Origin: Piromyces finnis finn
Taxonomy: Eukaryota; Fungi; Neocallimastigomycota
Assembly (NCBI GenBank): GCA_002104945.1
Contig: MCFH01000016.1
Span: 434,001-498,000 of the forward strand
DNA: 64,000 bases
Reading direction: 5' to 3'
The notes under the pieces were generated by a model, which did no database searches, had not been told where the DNA came from, and saw nothing but the letters and a program-made list of their open reading frames with translations. Below, one piece after another: positions 1 through 16,517 of the stretch. The first letter of the stretch is position 1; each line of letters opens with the position of its first letter. Both the position numbers and the translations under genes were made by a program.

Positions 1-2465
1 GTCATCATTTTAATTTTAATTTATTTTTTTTACTTTATTTTGGTTTGTTGTATTTTCAAGAAATTAATTAAAAACTAATAAATATTACTGAAAAAAAAAA
101 AAAGGCCTAAATAATTATAGTACTTAATAAAAGATATATAATTATATACAATAGATATAACAATAATTCAAACAATGTTTTATTATTGTTGTTGTTATTA
201 TAAGTATATTAATATATATATATAGTGTTTATTACCAAAAATTATTAAATTAAAAATGACTATTAAAATAAAAGAAATTAAACTTTTTTTCATTATTATT
301 ATTAAATTTTAAAAACATAAAATAATAAATAGAAAATAAAAAATGTAATATTCAATACTTCTAATGTTTTAATTATATTTATAATAGTATTAATTATTAA
401 TAACAAAAAATTGTAATCATCATTTGATATAGATTATTTCAGGGCTAATGAAATGGCTGACTTTCTTTCCAATTAATATTTCGATATTCATTTAATTTAA
501 TTTGAGAAAATTTCTAATAAATTTCTACCTTTGTTTTCAGAGTTCATTATTTGGTTACTTAAATTAATAGTAAAATCCATATTGAAAACCTATCTTAGAA
601 ACTATATTAAAATATCTATTCAATAAAATTTCAATAAATGAAAATATTCAACGATAATTGATGATATTTGTAGTTTTAATTTCAAATTCTAAGTTCACTT
701 TATTAATATATTGGAATTATTATATATAAATATTTTTCTTACATATAACTTTCTTATCATATTATATAATGATATAGTAATCAAATATTTCTTTTTTTTT
801 TTAATTTCGATATTTAAATAATTTTTATATGGAATTTTTAATTAAAAGATATACATAGGATACATTTATTCTTCTATTTTAAAATAAAAAAAAGTAAAAA
901 GAATAGTATAATATTAATTCTTAAGATTAATATCTTATTAGTATTATTTTAAGTAATAGTATTAGTTAAAAAAGTAGTATCATCCCTATTTTATTAATTA
1001 ACAAAATGAATAATATTTAGTAAGCTCAAGGCAACAACAATCAAAATAATCAATACTAAAGAAATAGTATAACAGATTATATTGTTGATCATAATTTTAC
1101 TTCTTGGTAATTATGCTCTTGACTTTTAAACACATTAGAGGTTGATCATTTTATGTTCTATTTAATTTTTGTTTAATTTATAATATATAAAAATCATATT
1201 TATTAAAAATTACAATATTTCATTTTAATAAAAGATACTAAACATCCCTGCTAATATATTACTTATCTTATTTCTAATAATTTTTATACATTTTTATGTA
1301 TTTCCAAAGTTTCTTTTTATTAAATTAACATTATTATTCTTTAATATTTTGATTTTTACCTTTTAAATCCACATGAAAATCATCCATAAGCTTGCTTGAA
1401 TACTTTTTTACAATTTTATTAATTTTTAAATAATACTATTTTTTTACTATTTTTTTTTTGAACTAACCTTTGAGTTATATTTAAAATTTTAATATAAATT
1501 AAACTTAACCTTTAAATTAATCTCGAAAAAAATAAAAAATCTTAAAATTTATTTAAAGAATTATTTTATTATTGATAATACTAGTACTTTTATAACTTAT
1601 TAGATGTAAATATTTGATTAATTTATAAAAATAATTATAAATTATCATTTTTATCCATATTAATGTATATACCTATAATAGATATCAAAATATAATATTT
1701 ACAATATTTACACTATTTTAATTCATCAATATTATAATATTATATGTTACTAAATTAAGACACCTTGTTAGTCTTTTAATTTTGAAATATTTTCTTCATT
1801 TCGATAATTGTCTTGAATATAAATTCAATATTTAATTTATTATTAGTTTGAAAAATCTGTAAAAAAAAATTTTAATTAGTATATTAATATATTAATAATA
1901 ATATATTTTTCTTATATTTGAAAATCGAAAACCATATAAAGATTATTATTTATGTATTATTTTATCCTTTTCTAAAAATTTGCATAAAATATATTAATTA
2001 TTAAAAAATAAGTTATAATAATAGTGTAAAAGTATTTTAAATAATTATTATATTATTCAATTTGTCTTTTTTTTTTAATGTCCAAAAGTTATTTGCTGAA
2101 TAAATATAATAAATATATTGAATATGAAATATATAAAGATAAAGAAAAAAAAAATTCTATGATTTTATTAAAAAATTAAAAAGATACCTTTCTTGATATT
2201 ATTAATCATTAATTATTATAAAATAATAAATATAACAAGTAGTAAAAACGTTTATATAAATAAAAACCTTTCGAATTAATTAACTAAATATTTTTTACGA
2301 TAATTAAGGAATATTTGAAACTTTTAAAATTTGTTATCATTATATAAATATAACTTTATTTTTTTTTATTAAAATAGTTTTACATATAAAAAAATATTCT
2401 AAATATTATTCTATAAAAAAATTAAAAGCATTCTATATATTCTATATACTATAAACTATTAAAAA

Positions 2466-5110
<2,645 letters not shown>

Positions 5111-5644
5111 TATTATAAATTTAAAAAATTGAATAAATTTATATTAATACACATAAAAAAAAAAAGAAAAGCTTCTTTTTAAACTTTTTTATTAATTTAG
5201 TAATAATAATATTTTAGACATTTCTTTTTTGTTTTATATTTAACTCCTTTTTTTAAAAAAAATAGCGTCTAATTTATTAACAAATTATGAAATAACCTAT
5301 TTTTACATTTATAATAATATATGATAACATTTCTTTTATAATATAAAAAAGAGGCTTAAATAATGCAAAGAGCCAAGGCCTATTGTATTAAGATATTGAT
5401 TAGATTAAAACTTTTAAATTTTATTTTTTACGTCTAATACTATAATAAAAGCTTCAACTAAGGAAAAAAAAAAAAAAGGAATTGTATAAAAATTATTAAA
5501 TAGAAGTTGAATTATATTGAAAAAATATATATATATATTAAAATATATATATATATATTACATTAATAATGATAAAAACGATAAATAATAAATAATAAAT
5601 TATTTGTATATATTAAGCATTCAATGTTAAAATAGATGCTTATC

Positions 5645-5752
5645 AAAATAAAATAAAATAAAATAAAATAAAATAAAATAAAATAAAATAAAATAAAATA
5701 AAATAAAATAAAATAAAATAAAATAAAATAAAATAAAATAAAATAAAATAAA
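5645..5752. repeat. (AAAAT)n pentanucleotide microsatellite, about 21 units
   Basis: Seen directly. Confidence 0.97.
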
Positions 5753-8700
5753 AAAATAACAAACCAATAAAAATATAAGTTATATTATCATTTTTATTAC
5801 TTATTTTTCATCTATATAAGAAACATAATTATTTATTTATATCAACGGGTTAGAATTATTAATAATTATAATTTTAGAAATTGAGGAATAATAGCTCTGG
5901 ATTAAAAAAAAAAAAAACACCTTCAAATACAACTATATACATAAATATGTCTAAGAAACTGTTCATACTTTGGTTAGCTTGTTTTTATGCTAATATTCAA
6001 AAACATTATTTCAATAAACGAAAAAAATTCCTCTTGTATTATTTCTTATTTTTGGACCAAAAAGTCATGTAAACTAATGGATAAGATTCATAAAAGAAAA
6101 CCTCAAAAGGAGATAAGTGTACATTATTAAAAAATTAATTTTCAAATTTATGGGGGCCTTTAATTTTTGGAAGATATAAGAAATATAAATACTGATATAA
6201 AAAGTTCATTCATAAACTCAATCTAAAATATTTATAGTTTATATCCAGATTCTTATGTGTTGACTGTATTATATAAAAAATCTTGTTAAAAGAAATAAAA
6301 AGAGTAAAATTATAAAGATTATTAATAAATAAAATGAAAAAAAAGAAAATTAAATTATAATATATTAATTTATTGAATTGAGTAATTTGACTTCAAAATG
6401 TACTTACTATAATGATTATTACGATGATATTGTTAATAATCAAAAATTATTGGATATTTTTAAAAAAAATCAATAGGATTCTTTAAGATAAGACCTTTTT
6501 TAAAATTATAACTAATTTTTGCACTTAATATTCTAATATAATACCCTTTTTTCTATGAAAAATACTTAAAACAGAGATAATTTAATAAATTATCTTAATT
6601 TTATTTATTGCTTATTTGAATTAGCAGAGACCAGTTTATTCAATTTGTAGATAATAGTCTTTATTAATTTTTTACTATTTGCTCAAGAAAAATTATTAAC
6701 CTTTCATATTATTCATAAAGTGATTTGAAAAAAATTCTTAGCTTTTACATATTATATATTCTTCTTGGTGGAAGTGTAACATTTAAAATTTTAAACATAA
6801 ATCGGGGAAAGATGATTAAATAATAATATTTACCGATTTCCTTTTCAAGAATTCTCTTTCATATATTATGGAATTCCATATTAATAGTTATACCGGCCGG
6901 TTGTGATTTGTTGCTTTTACACAGTAATCGATTTGTATAAGTACTCAACCGTTGTCAACGTTGAAGAAATAAGATAATGAAGAAAATTTTGATACAGTAT
7001 CGAATGATAATAATAATATATAAGAAATTCTTATTAAGAAATGGAAAATCTAGATATTCTCTTTACTATGTAGTTTTTTTTTTCTTTCTTTTTTTTTTTT
7101 TTATTAATGATTATTTTGATTATTTTCAATATAATTTTTATAATTTTACTTTTAATTTTTATTAAATATAAAAGTAATAATTTTTATGTATTTAAATTAA
7201 ATTAAAAATTAAAAATATTATTAAATAAAATTATATATAACTAATATTAAAAAAAGATATTATTATACTGTTGTTATTAAAAAGTCTTGATGAGGGTTTT
7301 ATATTTTGTCAATTTTATTAATCCCACAGTTAATGTTAGATACTAATTACATATTTATCATTGAGAATTATATAACTAATATAATACAATACATTTTAAT
7401 ACGTTTCAATACATATATTCTAACAGTTATTATTATTGTTGTTATTACTATTGCTAGCATTTTTAATATTATTATTATTTAAATTTTATTTCAATATATA
7501 GAGTGTTTTTGTATTTAACTTTTTATAAGTTATATATTTGTTATTTTGCTTATTATCATATATTATAATTATCCATTATCAATTATCAATACTATTAAAT
7601 AATATATATATATTACAAAAACAAAAAAAAAGTTAGCAATTATTTAAATAACACTTTTTTTTTTCAGTAATTATAACAATTTTGCTAAAAGATTAATTTT
7701 TTATTTTCATACTCGAAAGACTTTTATAAGAATTTTAAATTTATAAAATTAACCCTTTTTATAAATATATCTATGTATTATTAACATACATTAAATTAGA
7801 TCTATACATTAATAAAGAATTATATGATGATAGTCACATGTATGAATGTAAAATTTAATAATAAATAAATTAATTATACGTATCATATTAACAGGTTTCA
7901 TGATTTAATTGTTATTTTTTATTATTTAAAATTTTTTTTTTTCAATTATAACATAATAACATAGTTTATCGTTCTTTTTTTTTTTTTTTAAAAAAAAAGA
8001 AAAAAAGAAATAATAATAAAAATTGTAAAAATATATAAAATACGAGATATTATTTGTTATATTCATATATTCATACAAAGAAATTTGAAAAAAAATAATA
8101 AAATTAAAATAAAGGTATAAAATCGAATATTAAAAGATTATTGATAATTTTTAAATTAATTATAATTGCTATTTCTTGGAACATCAATCATAAACAAATC
8201 TTGTTCAACAAAAACATATATAAAAAAATAATACTTGATTTATTTTACTTTTCTTTATTTTATTTTTATTTCCAACATGTAAAAATATATAAATAATATA
8301 TATTTGAGGATAATATTTTGGATAATACATATATTTCTATATAAGTAAACAAAATTAAAATACCAAATTTAAAAGGTTATTAAATAATGTTTTTAAAATT
8401 ATCAAATAAATAAATAAATAATAATAAAAAAAAAAGTCAAACGATAAATATATATAAATTCATATATTAAATCAGAAGGAAAATATTATAATAACCGAAG
8501 TAATAATTTTTTCAAAGTAGATTTTATATTATATTATATATAATTATATCAAAATGCCCTTTAAACATAATAAAACTTAGAAATTTTGGTATTACTGTTA
8601 TATTTTGATATTTTTTTTTACGAAATTCGAAAATAGTAAAAAATATTATTATATATATTATACTATATTATAACAACAATAACAACAATAACAACAGCAA

Positions 8701-9084
8701 CAACATTATTACATTTTTTAAATATATTAAAAATAAAGGAAATATATTTATTTATAAATCAATGATAACAATATGCTATAAAAGTTTTTTTATTGTAACC
8801 CAAAGTATAAATTTTAATATTATTACATTTATTATTTTATTGTTGTTATTTAATATTTTTTTTTTTTTTACTTTATTTATATTTTATTATTATTTCATAT
8901 CAAATTCTTATAAGCAATTTTTTAATAATTTATATATATATTTTTTTATGTATACTTCATATTTATTTGTATTCTTTTGATTGCCTTGATAATATGTCAT
9001 TTATTGTATTAATTTAGATATAGAAAAGATAGAAAAGAATTATTGTAAAAACTTTTTTAATTTTTATTTATATACATACTTAAC

Positions 9085-12000
9085 ATGGTAAAATAAAATT
9101 TTCAAATATAAAAATAAAATTAAATAACATTTTATAAATACTAATATTATGAAATATTAATATGTGCTTTTTTTAAAATTACTACTAATTATTTTTATTA
9201 AAATAGCCACTTCATTTAGATGTCAAGGTAAAATTGAATATGTTAATTAAATTACATGAATATATCTAAGTATTACTTTTTATTTACTAACTATTTTTAT
9301 TTATTTATTTATATATTTTTTTAAATATAATATTTAATAAATCAACAACAATAACAAAACAACAAAAAAAAATAACTCTATTTAAAATATCAAAACAAAA
9401 CAATATTTATGTAAAATTTTTAAATAATTAAATTTTTATATTAAAATTTTCTTTAAATAGAGACAATTAACTACACGTTCAGAGAGAGTAAAATGTGTAG
9501 ATTTTCATCCAACAGAACCTTGGATGTTAACCTCATTATATGATGGTACCATTCAAATCTGGAATTATGAAACACAAGTATAGAGAAAATCATCATTATT
9601 ATTATTAATATCCATAACAATATTTGAAAAATATACATATAAACTAATTATGGTTTATAATAAATATATATATTGAATATTTGATAAATTTCTTCGATAT
9701 ATTTTTAAATATGATAATTAGGAAATGATTAAATCATTTGAAGCATCAACTTCACCAGGTAAAATTAATATTATATAGTATAAAATAGAAATAATGAATA
9801 AAATAAAATAATATAATATAATAAAAATATTTATATTTAAATGGAAATAAAATAGTTCGTTCTGCAAAATTCATTGCCAGAAAATCATGGATAGTTTGCG
9901 GTGCTGATGATATGATGATCAGTGTTTTCAATTATAATACCTCTGAAAAAGTTATTTCATTTGAAGCTCACGGTGATTATGTAAGAAGTATAGCTGTTCA
10001 TCCATCTAGACCATATATTCTTAGTTGTTCTGATGATATGACTATTAAGTTATGGGATTGGGAAAATGCTTGGGCTTGTGTTATGGTAAATTTTCTTTAA
10101 GTAAATAATACTAATAATAAAATAATCAATTAAAGGATTTATTTAAATAATTTTTTCCAATTTATTATTCTTTATCATAAATATAATGTATATGTATTGA
10201 ACTAAGCATATAAATAATATTTTTTTAACTAATTATATTCTAAAAGGTTTTTGAAGGTCATACAAACTTTATTATGCAAGTCGCTTTCAATCCAAAAGAT
10301 TCTAATACTTTTGCTAGTGCTTGTTTAGATAAAACTATTAAGGTATTATATTACATTTGGAAAAACAGGAAAAATTGTTTAGTCTAGTTATTATTTAATT
10401 TATTATTACTCTAATATTAATCATTAATAAATTCTATTATAAAGGTTTGGTCTTTAGGTTCACCTGTTGCCAATTTCACTTTAGAAGGTCATACTGAAGG
10501 TGTTAACTGCCTTGAATACTATCAAGGTGGTGAAAAACCATACATTGTTAGTGGTGCTGATGATGGGTAAATATAAAAAACGATAGTAAAATATACTACT
10601 TTATGTTGTATTTATAATTTTATTTATATATAATTTTTTTTTACTTTACATTGTAAATTAATATAGCACTGTCAAGGTTTGGGATTACCAAAACAAATCT
10701 TGCATTCAAACTTTAGAAGGTCACACTCAAAATGTTGATGCTGTTTGTTTCCATCCAGAGCTTCCTTTAATTATTAGTGGTAGTGAAGATGGAAATATTT
10801 GTTTATGGCATTCTAATACTTATCGTTTAGAAAATAAATTAAATTATGGTTTAGAAAGAGTTTGGTCTATTTGTTGTTTAAAGGGTAGTAATAGTATTGG
10901 TGTTGGTTATGATAACGGTTCTATTTGTATTAAGGTAATTATTTTCAATATCATATATTAAATTCTTTAAATTTATGGAAAAAGAAATAATAATAATTCA
11001 AAAAATTATAATTATTATATGATTTGATTTTTATACCTCAATGCTAATTTTTTTTTTTTTTTTTTTTTTTAAAAAAACCATTATTAATAAAGATGGGTTG
11101 TGAAGAACCTGCTATAAGTATGGATAATGGTGGTAAAATTATTTGGGCTAAACATAATAATATTAAGACTGCCAATACTAAGGCTAATTTAGGTAAATAC
11201 TAATAAAAATAGTTAAATATTTTTGGCAATAGTTATAGCTAATTTATCATTTAAACATTTTTGTTAAATTATAATAATGAAGATACTGTCAAGGATGGTG
11301 AAATTATGCAATTATCAGTAAAGGATCTTGGTAGTTGTGAATTATATCCACATACTTTATCTCACAGTCCAAATGGAAGGTATTATTATTATCAATGCTA
11401 CAAACACCTATTTAGCAATTTATAATTATAACTGTGAATTTATGAATTATTATTAACTATTTTAATTTATTATTTATGAAATAAATTTATTAGATTCGTT
11501 GCTGTATGTGGTGATGGTGAATATATTATTTACACTGCCTTAGCTTGGAGAAATAAAAGTTTTGGTAATGCTGTTGAATTTGTTTGGGCAACCGATTCTA
11601 ATGAGTAATTGAGAATATGCAAATATTATTAAGTCAAAAAATTAAAAAACTATTATATAAATATTAATTTATTTATATTTTGTATATATATATATAAAAT
11701 AGATATGCTATTCTTGATCAAAATTATCAAGTTAGATTATACAAACACTTTAAGGAAACTGAAGTTAAATTAAATACACCAATGAATATTGATAGAATTA
11801 GTGGTGGTACATTACTTAGTGTACAAAGTCCAGGTTTATTAAGTTTCTACAGTTGGGAAAATGGTGATTGTATTAGATGCATGGAAATTAATGCTAAGAA
11901 TGTAAGATATTGATTCAAATAAGTCTATGGTATATTTTTTACATAACTATTCCTAAAATACTATTGATATATATTCATAGGTATATTGGTCAGATTCCGA

Positions 12001-14000
12001 TTTAGTTGTTATTGTTGGTGATGAATTCTTCTATATTTTACGTTATAATAGATTAGCTTATCAAAAAGCACTTGAACAAAATATTCAAATTAGTAGTGAA
12101 GGTCTTGAAGATGCCTTTGAAGTTTTATCTGAAGTAAATGAAAGGTAAAAATTCAAGATTAATATTACTAATAATAATACGAAAAATGTAATATACTATA
12201 TTAAATAACATGTTATTTTACTTACTATATTTTTAGTGTTAAATGCGGTTTCTGGGTTGGTGATTCTTTTGTATTTATTAATTCAGCAAATCGTTTGAAC
12301 TTTACCGTTGGTAATCAAACTAATACTTTAGCATACTTTGATCAGTAAGTTACATCATAATTTTATTTACTATTACTCTTTTTATTATTAAACTATTATA
12401 TAATTACTAAATATATATATATATATACTTATTAAATAGAAACATGTATCTCTTAGGTTACATTCCAAGAGATAACCGCATATATTTATCTGATAAGGAT
12501 ATTAATATCTACAGTTATTCCTTACCACAATCAGTTATTGAATTTGAAACTGCCATTCTTAGAGAAGATTTCGAAACGGCTAAGGTGATTTTACCAAATA
12601 TACCAAGTGATCAATTAAATAAAATTGCTAGATTCCTTGAAAGTCAAAGTAGGTTTAAATTTAATATACTTCATGAGATAATTATATTTTTATAATAGTA
12701 TTATTAATATTTTTTAATTTTAATCATCATAAGAATTATATGAAATGGCTTTAAGCGTATCTACTGATCCAGAACATAAATTCTCTCTTTCAATACAGTT
12801 GAAAAAGTTAGATATTGCATTTGAAATTGCCAAAGAATTAGATGATATTAGTTCATGGGAAAAACTTTCAGAGGAAGCCTTGAATGCTTGGAAGGTAAAA
12901 GAAATATATATATATTTGTGAACTTTTTTTAATTTTTAATATTAAAGATGAATTTTTAAAATAAATATCAACTTTCTCATCATATATATTTACATGTCAA
13001 ATAATAATTATAAAATAACCAAATAATATCATTATTAGTATGATCTTGCTGAAGAATGTTTCAAGAATGCTAAGAATTATGAAGGCTTATTGATGATGTA
13101 CCAAGCTTGTGGTAATATCAATGGTATTTTAGAGTTAGCTGCAGTCACAGGTAAGATGATTAAAAAAATAGATTATTAATACGATTAAGAAATTTTGGAT
13201 TAATTAAAATTTTTATAATGATTGAATTTATCTAACCGTTATTCATATATTTTAAATTTTATGTATAATCTATAGAACAAGCTGGCAAGAATAATATTGC
13301 TTTCTTATGTTATTTATTAGCTAATGATACTAAAAAATGTATTGAATTATTAATAAAAACCGATAGATTCACTGAAGCTGTATTATTTGCTTATACTTAT
13401 ATGCCAAGGTAAAATTTAAAATAGATATACAATAATCTTAAAAAATAAAGTGGTTTATTTATATATATTTTGATAACAATATAATTCTATAAAATTTTAA
13501 TAGTGTTGTACCAGAATTAACTCAAATGTGGCGAGCCTCATTAAATAATGGTAAAATTGCTGAAAGTATCACTGATCCAATACAACATTCAGAGTTATTC
13601 CCAGATTATAAATATTCATTAGTTGCTGAATCCGCCTTCCAATTACAAAACCAAAGCGAAAATAAATTTAAAACCTCAGAATATATGAAATATAAAGGTA
13701 GTCTTGATTGGAATATGATTGAAGGTAAGGATTTTTTTTTAACTATGGCAATATAAATAAGAATCAATCTATTTTTACTGCCGGTAGTATCATTAAAATC
13801 AAAAAAATTTTTTTTTTTTTGAATTTGTTATTTTAGCAATGAAAATTAAGATGCAAGAAGTTCAAGAACAAGAATCAAAACCAGCAACAGCTGAAACACC
13901 AGCAGCTGAAACATCAGTTGAAACACCTGTCGAAGCACCAGCTATTGAACCAGAAACATCAGCTGTACCAGAAGCACCAGTTGAATCTGAACAACAATAG
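9085..14000 (+). CDS. SEC27: Coatomer subunit beta' (COPB2/Sec27), 20 exons
   Basis: The spliced N-terminus reads [35 protein letters not shown], followed by WD40 repeats ([23 protein letters not shown]), an alpha-solenoid ([20 protein letters not shown]) and an acidic Pro/Ala-rich tail. TAG is at 13998-14000. All 19 introns are GT-AG. Confidence 0.95.
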
Positions 14001-14771
14001 ATTATTTTTTAAATTTTTATTTTTCAAGCAACAATAACAACAACAACAAAAAAAAATAATTCACATTTATCATCATTTTCCTACCTTTTTTTTTTTTTTT
14101 AACTATAAAACAATATATTTATGTCTATATAGAAAAAAAAAAAAAAAAAAAATAAACATCATTCTCTACAGAAATGAAAGAAGCTAAAAAAAAAAAAAAA
14201 AAAAAAATCCATCCATATATACTAAAAAATAAAAATAAAAGAAATGGAATAATAATAATTAAAAAAAAAAAAAAAAAAAATTACTGCCAATAATAAGCTT
14301 AATTATTTTTTTTTTTTTTACCATACTAAAAGGCAATCAATATTATAAAAAAAAAAAAACTCGAAAAAAAAAATATATATAAAAATAATATTAATTAATA
14401 ATAATAATAATAATTAATAATTAGTTGTTTAATCAAAAAATTTAAATATAAAATAAAAAATAAAAAATAAATAAAAAAATAAATAAATAAATAATAAAAA
14501 AGTAAAAGTGTGTATTTTTTTTTTTTTATATTCTTTTTTATGGTTTATAAGAGTTGTTCAGTGTTTATTACATTTTATAACTAAAATAAATAAAAGAAAT
14601 TTTTATATAAAAAAGATATTTAATGTTTTTTTTTTTTTTTTATTATCTATTTTTTTTTTTTATCATTACTAAAAGAATAGTTTTTTTTTTTTTTTTTTTT
14701 TACTTTATTCTTCTATATCATTTTTTTTTTTTTTTTTAAAAAAAAACAATTTATAAATTTGTTTTTAAAAA

Positions 14772-16517
14772 TTAACTAAATTCATCGTATTCCTTTTCCT
14801 TACGTAAATCTAACCAATAAATTATTGAAGAAACAAAGACAATAATATAAACAATCAAGGTAATGAAAAAGATAATGTAAAGTGGTGCGATACCACTTTT
14901 AACCTTGTCAACAATAGCATTTTTACATCCTGGAATAGTTACATTTTCTGAACCATTTTCATCTCTTTTGAAAAGGGTAGAGAAAGATTCAGTATTTTCA
15001 TCAGGAATGTTTTTATTAATTCTATTTTTACTGAAAACTGGCTCATATCTTCTTTTTTGTTTATTTGAGGATAGAATAATTTTTCCTTGACCATTATTTA
15101 AATTACTTTTAATATCTTCACCAAGTTGTCTTAAAACATCTTCTTCCATATTTTCTTCTACTACTGTTAATCCCCTTTTCTTTATTGGTAATGTAATACC
15201 AATACCATTATTATTAATTTTAGAGATACGTGCAATACCTAAATCAATTTCTTTTTTCAATTTTTCAGCTTCTTCTGATTGTTCTACATTGGTCATAACA
15301 TCAATATCAATTTCTCTCTTTTTCCATACAGTTTCATCATTTTCACCTTGTCCTTCAACGTTTTCATTATCAGGATTGGTGGTATCAGGATTAGTAGTAT
15401 TATCATCTGCGTTAGGAGTGTCATTGGCGTTATTATCAACACCAGTATTTTCTACAGAAGTATTTGTAGTTTCATCAGTTGTTATGGTGGTTGAAGCACC
15501 AGTAAAGTCAGAAGCATCTTCAACATTCTTTGGATTGTCTGGAGTACCGAATTTCTTTTGATAGGAATCACTTTTTTTAACGCTTGCAACATAATGAATT
15601 TCTTCTGGTACTTCATATACTACTAATTCACTTGGACAATTTGCTGAAATATAACCTTTATCTTTGTAATTTAAGAAACCACAACAACCATACTATATAA
15701 AGAAATAAATTTTATATACAATTTAGATTATATTATAATTTAACTGTAAATAATATATACAATTAAAATATATTATTATTATATTAGATATATATATTTA
15801 TTGCTTACTTCTTCTTCAATTGCTATAATATTTTCATCAGTATAAGTATCCCACCATTGAATTGCCATTTCTCTATGAGCAAAACGACTAATATCCAAAA
15901 ACTTTTTAGCAAGATAGAAATGGCTTACAAAAGCAAGAGCACATAGTAACGATGTCATCAAAATAATTGGTTTCCAATAGGTATATGAACCTAACATACC
16001 AATAAATGAAACAAATATAACAAATATACCAACCAATATTAAAGCTAAAAATATATAGATATCAAAAAATATTATATATAATTATTAATATCCATTGTTA
16101 CATTTATTATTTTATTTTTTGAATGCCCTTATTAAAATATAATAAGGGAAAGTAAAGAAATAGATAATTACTTATTTTATTTCCTGAGGAAACATCATGT
16201 ATATTAGATTTTGACCAACCACCACGAACTAATATAATAATATAAAAAATGATAAGTAATAAACCAATGACACCCAATAATCCAATTGAGATATCGAATA
16301 ATTTTTTTCCCTTATATTTAGTACGAGATCTATGTATAATAATTTTTGAACCTGTATTATTTTTTCTTAAAGTACATTTTCGATCTATTTCATCATAATA
16401 ATAATTATCTTGTTCCCCTTGATTATCATTTATTGCGGCTGAACTTTCATTAACTTCCAATTTATTTATACTATTACTTTCTTGATTTCCATATATTATA
16501 TCCTGCTCACTTGACAT
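14772..16517 (-). CDS. Tetraspanin with a greatly expanded large extracellular loop; 3 exons (16517-16172, 16044-15809, 15692-14772), 500 aa
   Basis: Exon phases are consistent (346+236+921 nt). There are three N-terminal TM helices, the hallmark IIAIEEE-YGCCGF motif across the exon 2/3 junction, ANCP, a distal PGCK and a fourth TM (PLYIIFFITLIVYIIVFVSSIIYW). Confidence 0.88.

Noticed and set aside
6977-8980. Small F/I/Y/K-rich ORFs here and at 29199, 34729, 40414, 59962, 60307
   Set aside because: Expected by chance in DNA this AT-rich; no motifs or splice support.
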